The notes under the pieces are model-generated. The model worked only from the letters and a program-made list of their open reading frames with translations. It made no database searches and was not told the origin of the DNA. From a virus (taxonomy: Duplodnaviria; Caudoviricetes), in the IMG/VR virus record IMGVR_UViG_3300045526_000254, positions 1-64,000 of that record: a stretch of 64,000 bases of DNA; one strand, written 5' to 3'. Each line of letters opens with the position of its first letter. Position 1 is the stretch's first letter. The position numbers were made by a program, and so were the translations under genes. Positions 56,705 through 64,000 of this stretch are shown piece after piece.

Positions 56705-57016
56705 ATGTCAATTAAATTAGCACTGTTGAAGTCTGGAGAATCAATAATTTCAGATGCTAAAGAATTAGTTTCTGATGATAAAGTTTGTGGATATTTATTT
56801 CATAATCCACATGTTGTTGATGTAAGAAAAACTGTTCTTTTGGTTGAAGAAAATCAAAATTCAAATAAAAATTTAGAGATTACTTTAACTCCTTGGATTT
56901 TTTTAAGTAGTGATAAGCAAATTCCAGTTCCACCTGATTGGATTGTAACGATTGTAGATCCCATAGAAGAAGTTAAACAAATGTACGAGGAAAAAATAAA
57001 TGGACAAAACGATTAA
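56705..57016 (+). CDS. Conserved hypothetical protein (possibly Sm-like fold)
   Basis: MSIKLALLKSGESIISD...PW...VP.DW.VT..DP; start reassigned to ATG 56705 after SD GGAGG. Confidence 0.7.
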   Translation: MSIKLALLKSGESIISDAKELVSDDKVCGYLFHNPHVVDVRKTVLLVEENQNSNKNLEITLTPWIFLSSDKQIPVPPDWIVTIVDPIEEVKQMYEEKINGQND

Positions 57017-57257
57017 GTGTCTTTTAACAGATGTTGATGCAGTTTTAATTAGTGAAGTTGTTGAAATTGATGCAGAATTCGGAGATCCTGATTGGAAATT
57101 AATCAATCCATATAAAATTGACAGTCAAGGTAATTTAACTCCTTGGCCTAATGTTTCGGAACAAAGGGAAATTAAAATTATTTCAGATAATATACTTACT
57201 GTTGTAGATCCTAAACCGGAAATTATTGAAAAGTATCTTGAACTAACTGCCGAATGA
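57000..57257 (+). CDS. Conserved hypothetical protein
   Basis: Overlaps neighbours at both ends; LINPY..., D.ILT.VDP pattern. Confidence 0.7.
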   Translation: MDKTIKCLLTDVDAVLISEVVEIDAEFGDPDWKLINPYKIDSQGNLTPWPNVSEQREIKIISDNILTVVDPKPEIIEKYLELTAE

Positions 57258-58531
57258 GATTTTACACAAACGTTCAAATGGTCGGGGATCACTTCTTGGT
57301 TCGTGGTTATGAAGATGGAAATCACTTTATGACCCGTGAGAAGTTTAACCCGACTCTTTTTGTCCCTTCTAATAAAAAAACTAAATATCAGACTTTAAAT
57401 GGAGAGTATGTTGAAGCAGTTCAACCTGGATGTGTTCGTGATTGTAGGGAGTTTGTTAAAAAGTATGAGAATGTAGAAAACTTTAAAATCTTTGGAAATA
57501 CTCAATACATCTATCAATACATTTCTGAAATGTATCCTGAGGATGAGATTAAGTTTGATATTGGTAAAATCAAAGTTACTACTCTGGATATTGAGGTTGC
57601 ATCCGAAAACGGTTTTCCTGACGTAGAATCTGCTTCTGAAGAAGTCCTTTTGATTACTATTCAGGATTATTCTTCCAAACAAATTCGTACTTGGGGAATG
57701 GGTCCTTTCCAGAACAAGCAAAAGAATGTAATTTATCGTTCTTTCACTAATGAACGTGATCTGTTGATGGATTTCATCAATTGGTGGATGGTTGAAGAAA
57801 ATATTCCTGAAGTTGTGACTGGATGGAATGTTGAACTGTATGATATTCCGTATCTTGTTCGTCGTTTAGATCGTGTTTTAGGCGAAAAACTGATGAAGCG
57901 TATGTCTCCTTGGGGTCTTGTAACCGAGAGTGAAATTTATATTTCTGGACGTAAGCATATTTCTTATGATGTTGGTGGTATTACTCAACTTGACTATCTG
58001 AATCTTTATAAGAAATTCACTTATAAAGCACAGGAGTCTTATCGTTTGGATTATATTGCCGAGGTTGAACTGGGGCAGAAAAAACTAGATCACTCCGAGT
58101 TTGATACCTTCAAGGATTTTTATACAAAGGGTTGGCAGAAGTTTGTAGAGTACAACATCGTTGACGTAGAACTTGTGGACCGTTTGGAAGACAAGATGAA
58201 ACTGATTGAACTCGCAATCACGATGGCATATGACGCCAAAGCGAACTATGCAGATGTATTTTCTCAGGTGAGAATGTGGGATACAATCATTTATAACTAT
58301 CTGAAGAAGAGGAATATTGTTATTCCTCCTAAAGAACGTTCTGATAAAGATTCCAAGTATGCTGGTGCGTATGTTAAAGAACCTATTCCAGGAAAGTATG
58401 ATTGGGTTGTGTCTTTTGACCTCAACTCCCTATACCCTCACCTCATTATGCAATACGCAATTTCACCAGAAACTCTTGTTACACAAGATGATATTAACAA
58501 TCGTATTGCAGAATTAGAGAAAATGTTGTAG
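57254..58531 (+). CDS. gp43: DNA polymerase gp43, N-terminal part (gp43A: NTD, 3'-5' exonuclease, motif A)
   Basis: MRFYTNV, ExoI LDIEV, ExoII TGWNVELYDIPY, ExoIII YNIVDV, motif A FDLNSLYPHLI; stops 27 codons after SLYP. Confidence 0.95.
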   Translation: MRFYTNVQMVGDHFLVRGYEDGNHFMTREKFNPTLFVPSNKKTKYQTLNGEYVEAVQPGCVRDCREFVKKYENVENFKIFGNTQYIYQYISEMYPEDEIKFDIGKIKVTTLDIEVASENGFPDVESASEEVLLITIQDYSSKQIRTWGMGPFQNKQKNVIYRSFTNERDLLMDFINWWMVEENIPEVVTGWNVELYDIPYLVRRLDRVLGEKLMKRMSPWGLVTESEIYISGRKHISYDVGGITQLDYLNLYKKFTYKAQESYRLDYIAEVELGQKKLDHSEFDTFKDFYTKGWQKFVEYNIVDVELVDRLEDKMKLIELAITMAYDAKANYADVFSQVRMWDTIIYNYLKKRNIVIPPKERSDKDSKYAGAYVKEPIPGKYDWVVSFDLNSLYPHLIMQYAISPETLVTQDDINNRIAELEKML

Positions 58532-58533
58532 AA

Positions 58534-58566
58534 TATCCACACAATATAAATAATAAAGTGTGGATA
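58534..58566 (+). promoter_or_regulatory. Hairpin with late promoter in its loop, upstream of the HNH gene
   Basis: TATCCACAC (58534-58542) / GTGTGGATA (58558-58566); TATAAATA at 58545-58552. Confidence 0.7.
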
Positions 58567-58577
58567 CAGTAAATTAA

Positions 58578-59138
58578 ATGCAACCAAAATTTAACATAAC
58601 AAAAGAACAATTAGAGCAACTTTATATTGTTGAGAACAAAAGTAGAAAAGAGTGTGCTGAATTTTTTGGTTGTTCTGACCCTCTTATAAAACAAAAGATA
58701 CGCAAATATGGACTACAAAAACCAAAACAATTAGAAAATAAGAATAAAGAAAGAAAGGAAATTCTCTATTGTGAAAATTGCGGTTCTTCATTTATAGTTA
58801 GCAGATTTAGAGCAACAAGTGAAAAATGGAAACTTCGTTTTTGTTCTCATTCTTGTTCTACTAAATTTAGATATTTGGGTGAAGAACATAAACGGGCAGT
58901 TTTAAATTCTATTGCTGCCCGTAGAAGATGTAGAATGAAAAACGCTTTTGATGCAACTGCAAATCAACAAAAAATAAATGAGATATACTGTGAAGCAAAA
59001 CAACTAACGGAAGATACTGGTATTCCACACGAAGTAGATCATATTATTCCAATTTCAAAAGGAGGAAAACATCACGAAGATAATTTGCAGATTATTACTA
59101 TGAGTGAAAATCGCAAAAAACATACTAAAATTATTTAA
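58578..59138 (+). mobile_element. HNH homing endonuclease splitting gp43
   Basis: N-terminal HTH-like region, Zn finger CENC...FCSHSC, HEVDHIIPISKGGKHHEDNLQII..SEN.KK. Confidence 0.9.
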
Positions 59139-59139
59139 A

Positions 59140-59304
59140 ATGACTTACGAAGAAGAATATCAACTACGAAACAGAGAGAAGGCAAAACAGGCAAAATATG
59201 GAATGGTATGGTGTTCTTATTGTGATAGAGATATGGTAGGTGATATTGGTAAATGTTCTTATTGTGGAAGATTTAACAACAGAAAGAAAATTCGATATGA
59301 GTAA
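59140..59304 (+). CDS. 54-aa Zn-ribbon protein inside the split gp43 locus
   Basis: MTYEEEYQLRNREKAKQAKYGMVWCSYCDRDMVGDIGKCSYCGRFNNRKKIRYE; CxxC-x10-CxxC; its stop overlaps the gp43B start region. Confidence 0.6.
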   Translation: MTYEEEYQLRNREKAKQAKYGMVWCSYCDRDMVGDIGKCSYCGRFNNRKKIRYE

Positions 59305-60655
59305 TTCTATGTGGAAAGATGTTCGTAAAATGTCCCGTGAAGAAATTGAAGAAGAATTAGATACACTTAAAAAAGTAAGAGAACTTTCTACTAAGGTTAG
59401 TGTTGATAAAATTCTTAATCAAGAATTAGATTTTGAACCATTACAAAAAGTAAATCTTACTATAACGGCAAATGGGTCTCTTTATCGTAGAGTGAAGGGT
59501 ATGCTTCCAGAACTGATGGAAAAAATTTATAATGAACGTGTGATCTTTAAAAAGAAAATGCTTGCTGCGGAGCAGGAATATGAGAAAACGAAAAACAAAC
59601 AACTTGTTAAAGAGATTGCCAGGTGCAATAATATTCAAATGGCAAGAAAGATTCAATTGAACTCTGCTTATGGTGCAATTGGTAATCAGTATTTCCGATA
59701 TTTTAAACTCGCAAATGCTGAGGCGATTACACTTTCCGGGCAAGTATCAATTCAGTGGATTATGAATGCCATGAATGGGTATTTAAATAAAATTCTCAAA
59801 ACTAATGAGGTAGATTATGTTATTGCTTCTGATACTGATTCTTTGTATATTAATATGGGCCCTTTGGTTGAAAATGTATTCAAAGGACGAGAGAAAACTA
59901 CTCAAAGCATTGTGTCGTTCCTTGATAAGGTCTGTCAAGTGGAATTTGAAAAGTATATTGAAAGTTCTTACCAAAAACTGGCGGACTATGTGAATGCTTA
60001 TGACCAGAAGATGTTCATGAAGCGTGAATGTATTGCCGAACGTGGTATTTGGACTGCAAAGAAGCGATATATTCTAAGCGTATGGGATAGTGAAGGTGTC
60101 CGTTATGAAGAACCTAAACTGAAGATCAAGGGTATTGAGGCAATCAAGTCTTCTACTCCAGCACCTTGCCGTAAGATGCTGAAGGACTCCTTTAAGATCT
60201 TGATGAGTGGAACTGAAGATGACCTGATTGAATATATTGATAAGTGTCGTGAAGAGTTCAGAAAACTTCCTCCAGAACAGATTGCTTTTCCTAAATCTGC
60301 TTCTGATATTCGTAAGTATCAATCATCTTCCAGCATTTACGGATTTAAAACTCCATTTCATATTCGTGGAGCACTTCTATTCAATCATTACATTAAAGAG
60401 AAAAAACTTACAAACAAATACTCTTTGATTAATAATGGTGAAAAAATTAAATATATTTACCTCAAAACTCCAAATATTATTCGGGAAAATGTAATTGCAT
60501 TTATTCAAGAATTTCCCAGAGAACTTGGTCTTGACAAATACATCGACTATGACCTACAATTCGAAAAGAGTTTTATTGATCCACTTAGATCTGTTTTAGA
60601 TTCAATCGGGTGGCGAGTAGAAAAAACAGTTACTTTGGAGGCATTTTTTAACTAA
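59297..60655 (+). CDS. gp43: DNA polymerase gp43, C-terminal part (gp43B: fingers, palm motifs B/C, thumb)
   Basis: VSVDKILNQ..ANG, motif B KIQLNSAYG, motif C ASDTDS, KKRY, KIKGIE, ends in TLEAFF clamp-binding motif. Start is ATG 59297 or 59309. Confidence 0.93.
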   Translation: MSNSMWKDVRKMSREEIEEELDTLKKVRELSTKVSVDKILNQELDFEPLQKVNLTITANGSLYRRVKGMLPELMEKIYNERVIFKKKMLAAEQEYEKTKNKQLVKEIARCNNIQMARKIQLNSAYGAIGNQYFRYFKLANAEAITLSGQVSIQWIMNAMNGYLNKILKTNEVDYVIASDTDSLYINMGPLVENVFKGREKTTQSIVSFLDKVCQVEFEKYIESSYQKLADYVNAYDQKMFMKRECIAERGIWTAKKRYILSVWDSEGVRYEEPKLKIKGIEAIKSSTPAPCRKMLKDSFKILMSGTEDDLIEYIDKCREEFRKLPPEQIAFPKSASDIRKYQSSSSIYGFKTPFHIRGALLFNHYIKEKKLTNKYSLINNGEKIKYIYLKTPNIIRENVIAFIQEFPRELGLDKYIDYDLQFEKSFIDPLRSVLDSIGWRVEKTVTLEAFFN

Positions 60656-61662
60656 TGGATTTTTTAAAAGATATTGTAAAAGAAATTGGTGATGATTACA
60701 CTAAACTAGCATCGGACATTGATGAGACAGAGACGTATGTTGATACAGGTTCATACATTTTTAATGCACTGGTTTCAGGTAGTATATTTGGTGGTGTATC
60801 TGGGAATAAGATTACTGCTATTGCTGGAGAGTCTTCTACTGGAAAGACTTTTTTCTCTCTCGCCGTGGTTAAGAACTTTCTTGATACTCATCCCGATGGT
60901 TACTGTCTCTACTTTGACACTGAGGCTGCTATCACTAAATCTCTTCTAGAAAGTCGTGGTATTGATATTCGGCGTCTTGTGGTCGTTAATGTGGTTACCG
61001 TAGAAGAGTTTCGCGGTAAGGCACTTAAAGCAGTTGATATTTACTTAAAGAAACCTACTGAGGAACGCAAACCCTGTATGTTTGTATTAGATTCTTTGGG
61101 TATGCTTTCGACTGAGAAAGAGATTACTGATGCTTTAAATGATAAACAAGTTCGGGATATGACTAAATCTCAACTTGTTAAAGGAGCATTTCGTATGCTT
61201 ACTTTAAAGTTGGGAAAGGCAAAAATTCCTATGATAGTAACTAATCATACTTATGATGTTATTGGATCTTACGTTCCAACAAAGGAAATGGGTGGTGGTT
61301 CTGGTCTCAAGTATGCCGCTTCTACTATCATATATCTTAGTAAGAAAAAGGAAAAGGATGGAACTGAAGTTGTTGGAAATGTCATTAAGGCAAAGACTCA
61401 TAAATCACGTTTAAGCAAGGAGAACCAAGATGTAGAGATTCGTCTTTTTTATGATGAACGTGGTCTTGATCGATATTATGGTCTTTTAGAACTTGGAGAA
61501 TTGGGAGAACTTTGGAAAAATGTAGCAGGTCGTTATGAGATTAACGGTAAGAAAGTCTATGGAAAAGAAATTCTTAGAAATCCAGAGCAATACTTTACCG
61601 AAGAAATAATGCAAAAACTTGATGACATCGCAAGACAACAATTTACTTATGGAACGAATTGA
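60655..61662 (+). CDS. uvsX: UvsX / RecA-like recombinase
   Basis: DTGSYIFNALVSG, GESSTGKT, FDTE, LDSLGML, TNHTY, GGSG.KYAAS. Confidence 0.95.
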   Translation: MDFLKDIVKEIGDDYTKLASDIDETETYVDTGSYIFNALVSGSIFGGVSGNKITAIAGESSTGKTFFSLAVVKNFLDTHPDGYCLYFDTEAAITKSLLESRGIDIRRLVVVNVVTVEEFRGKALKAVDIYLKKPTEERKPCMFVLDSLGMLSTEKEITDALNDKQVRDMTKSQLVKGAFRMLTLKLGKAKIPMIVTNHTYDVIGSYVPTKEMGGGSGLKYAASTIIYLSKKKEKDGTEVVGNVIKAKTHKSRLSKENQDVEIRLFYDERGLDRYYGLLELGELGELWKNVAGRYEINGKKVYGKEILRNPEQYFTEEIMQKLDDIARQQFTYGTN

Positions 61663-63028
61663 GACAACCATTCTCAGGAACTTAGTATTTAATGAAGATT
61701 ATTCGCGCAAGGTCATACCTTTCATTCAACCAGATTATTTTGAGCAAAAGACCGAGAAGGTCATTTTTGAAGAGATCGTTGAATTTATTGTCAAATATGG
61801 TTCGGCAATTACAGTCGAAGCACTCGGTATTGAAATTGAAAACCGAACGGATTTAACTGAAGATCAAATTAAAGATATCCGAGAAATAAACAAGAGTTTA
61901 AATGATGCTCCTGTTGAGAAAACTTGGTTACTTGATACTACAGAAAAGTGGTGTCGTGATCGTGCCATTTATCTGGCACTTATGGAATCCATTCATATTG
62001 CTGATGGTAAGGATGATAAAAAAAATAGGGATGCAATTCCTAGCATTCTTTCTGATGCTCTCGCCGTTAGTTTTGACAATAATATCGGGCACGATTATTT
62101 AAATAATTATGAAGAACGATATGAGTATTATCACAGAAAGGAGGATAAAATTGAATTTGATCTTGAGTATTTTAATAAAATCACGAAAGGTGGTCTCCCT
62201 AACAAAACTCTTAACATCGCTCTTGCTGGTACGGGTGTCGGCAAGTCTTTATTCATGTGCCATGTGGCTAGCTCCGTCTTGCTCCAAGGACGGAACGTTC
62301 TGTACATTACGTTGGAAATGGCAGAAGAAAAAATTGCTGAAAGAATTGATGCAAATCTCTTGAATGTAAATATTCAAGAATTATCAGATCTTCCTCGATC
62401 TACTTTTGAGACTAAGGTTACGAATCTTGCCAAAAAGACTCAGGGAACTCTTATAATTAAAGAGTATCCTACTGCATCAGCACATGCAGGGCATTTCAAG
62501 GCACTTCTAAATGAACTTTCACTTAAAAAGTCATTTAGACCTGATATTATTTTCATTGATTACCTTAATATTTGTTCTTCTAGTAGGTATAAAGGAAACA
62601 GTAATATTAACTCATATACATTCGTGAAAGCAATTGCAGAGGAACTTAGAGGACTTGCTGTTGAGTTTAATGTTCCAATAGTCAGTGCAACACAAACTAC
62701 CAGATCAGGTTTTGGTTCATCTGATGTGGAATTAACCGATACTTCTGAATCCTTTGGTCTCCCTGCCACTGCCGATCTTATGTTTGCTCTTATTAGCACT
62801 GAAGACTTGGAGGGGTTGGGGCAAATTATGGTGAAACAATTGAAGAACCGATATAATGATCCAACCATTTATAAGCGTTTTGTAATTGGTATTGATCGTG
62901 CTAAGATGCGTCTTTATGATTGCGAACAATCGGCACAAAATGACATACTTGACAAAGGTAACGATGACGAGTATGATTATGAGGAAGAAAGAAAACCTAA
63001 AAAATCATTTGAGGGATTTAAATTTTAA
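61649..63028 (+). CDS. gp41: Replicative helicase gp41
   Basis: AGTGVGKS, YITLEM, IKEYPT, IDYLNI, SATQTTRSG, SESFGLP, KQLKNRY; start reassigned to ATG 61649. Confidence 0.96.
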   Translation: MERIETTILRNLVFNEDYSRKVIPFIQPDYFEQKTEKVIFEEIVEFIVKYGSAITVEALGIEIENRTDLTEDQIKDIREINKSLNDAPVEKTWLLDTTEKWCRDRAIYLALMESIHIADGKDDKKNRDAIPSILSDALAVSFDNNIGHDYLNNYEERYEYYHRKEDKIEFDLEYFNKITKGGLPNKTLNIALAGTGVGKSLFMCHVASSVLLQGRNVLYITLEMAEEKIAERIDANLLNVNIQELSDLPRSTFETKVTNLAKKTQGTLIIKEYPTASAHAGHFKALLNELSLKKSFRPDIIFIDYLNICSSSRYKGNSNINSYTFVKAIAEELRGLAVEFNVPIVSATQTTRSGFGSSDVELTDTSESFGLPATADLMFALISTEDLEGLGQIMVKQLKNRYNDPTIYKRFVIGIDRAKMRLYDCEQSAQNDILDKGNDDEYDYEEERKPKKSFEGFKF

Positions 63029-63444
63029 TGGAAACTGCTAAACACGTTGATTTTAATCGTTATGCTGAATTCGTAGATGCCGTAACTTCTGATGCATCTA
63101 AGGATTTTCTTGCCCTTTCAGATCGTTTAGTTGCTCTTGATGAGAAGGGTGCGAATATTGAACGACTTCTGACTGGTGCAGTAGGTGCTGCTGCTGAAAG
63201 TGGAGAATTGCTTGAGGTTGTAAAAAAACTTGTATTTCAAGGGAAAAGTTGGAATGAAGAAACTAAGTTTCACATTCAAAGAGAATTGGGAGACCTAATG
63301 TGGTATGTTGCCCAAATTTGTATTGCTCTTGATACTCCTCTTGACGAAATTATTAAGATGAATGTTGAAAAACTTTTGAAGAGATATCCAGAAGGATATT
63401 TTGATTCTTTTTATTCTGAAAATAGAGAAAAGGGTGATATTTAA
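63028..63444 (+). CDS. mazG: MazG-like NTP pyrophosphohydrolase
   Basis: AESGELLEVVKK...ELGDLMWY...N..KL..RYP. Confidence 0.88.
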   Translation: METAKHVDFNRYAEFVDAVTSDASKDFLALSDRLVALDEKGANIERLLTGAVGAAAESGELLEVVKKLVFQGKSWNEETKFHIQRELGDLMWYVAQICIALDTPLDEIIKMNVEKLLKRYPEGYFDSFYSENREKGDI

Positions 63445-63447
63445 TAT

Positions 63448-63473
63448 AAGAGGGTAGAAATACCCTTTTTTTT
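63448..63473 (+). terminator. Rho-independent terminator with GAAA loop
   Basis: AGGGTA-GAAA-TACCCT plus T run after mazG. Confidence 0.85.
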
Positions 63474-63480
63474 GTAATTT

Positions 63481-63496
63481 CTAAATATTATAAATA
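63481..63496 (+). promoter_or_regulatory. Tandem late promoters CTAAATA and TATAAATA
   Basis: Positions 63481-63487 and 63489-63496, upstream of ATG 63517. Confidence 0.7.
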
Positions 63497-63516
63497 ATAG
63501 TAGAAATACTAAACAA

Positions 63517-64000
63517 ATGAAGTATATAATCTATGCATATATTAATGAAGAAGGTAAATTTTACTATATTGGTAGGGGAAGACCTGGAAGAGAAAGAGAA
63601 AATCATAAAAAACTAAAAGTTCCACCAAAAGATAAAATATTAATATTACATAAAAATTTATCTTTAACTGAAAGTGTTGAATATGAGAAAGGACTTATTC
63701 AATTTTATGGTAGAAAATGTGATGGTGGGATTTTAGATAATAAAAGTATTGGAGGGCATAAGGGAGCATTAGGAGTTCCTTCTTGGAATAAAGGTCTTAA
63801 ATGCGATTATGTTTCTGAAAATAATAGGAAAAGGAGAGGAGAATTGCATCCTTTATATGGAAAACAAAGAAGTGAAGAAACTAAAAGAAAAATTTCTGAA
63901 AAAAATATTGGAAAAAAAATGACCCAAGAACAAGTTCAAAAATTAAAAGATAAATTGACTGGTAAAGTAAAAACAGATATTCATAAAAAAAATATAAGTA
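63517..64000 (+). mobile_element. GIY-YIG homing endonuclease with NUMOD3 motifs; 3'-truncated by the window edge (absent from ORF track)
   Basis: MKYIIYAYINEEGKFYYIGRG..R...EYEKGLIQFYGR...ILDNKSIGG...HPLYGKQRSEETKRKISE; open to base 64000. Confidence 0.85.

Noticed and set aside
58480-59400. Group I/II intron or intein explanation for the interrupted gp43
   Set aside because: The interval is tiled by ORFs with only 46 non-coding nt, no ribozyme core is recognisable, gp43A has its own stop, and there are no intein C1/S1 or terminal HN motifs.
1-64000. tRNA, rRNA, integrase, or photosynthesis auxiliary genes
   Set aside because: None recognised by eye; intergenic gaps are mostly too short for them. 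A tRNAscan or Infernal run would be needed to exclude small RNAs formally.

Overview
This window is a 64-kb, AT-rich segment of a T4-like myovirus, and essentially all genuine genes lie on the + strand. The gene order is giant baseplate/structural proteins, gp8, gp13-gp23, gp3, uvsY, uvsW, gp55, gp47, gp46, vWA/CobS-like AAA+, gp45, gp44, gp62, regA, hsp20, gp43, uvsX, gp41, mazG. That order is typical of T4-like cyanophages (Kyanoviridae-like). The host is inferred from synteny only, as no photosynthesis gene is in the window. Positions 1-37.5 kb are the late morphogenesis module; 37.5-64 kb are the recombination/replication module, interspersed with late-promoter-driven accessory ORFs and homing endonuclease genes (HEGs). 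Main observations: (1) DNA polymerase gp43 is split just after motif A into two ORFs by an HNH endonuclease plus a small Zn-ribbon ORF. There is no intron or intein, and each half carries a new amphipathic helical tail at the break that could zip the halves together. (2) A dispersed set of late-expressed proteins has T4 internal-protein capsid-targeting-like N-termini (MKxFxxFLxE) or bead-on-a-string basic modules separated by gp21-type (L/I)-x-E sites, suggesting head-packaged, protease-processed cargo. (3) Hairpin plus late-promoter switches precede the HEGs. (4) gp44 looks mosaic next to a GIY-YIG HEG. (5) A DUF4338/DruA-like gene and an HNH-like neighbour sit inside the clamp-loader operon. 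(6) A conserved gene appears to start at ATC. (7) A 9-4-9 palindrome recurs upstream of three sigma70-type promoters. All family assignments come from motif recognition by eye and synteny; no database searches were run.
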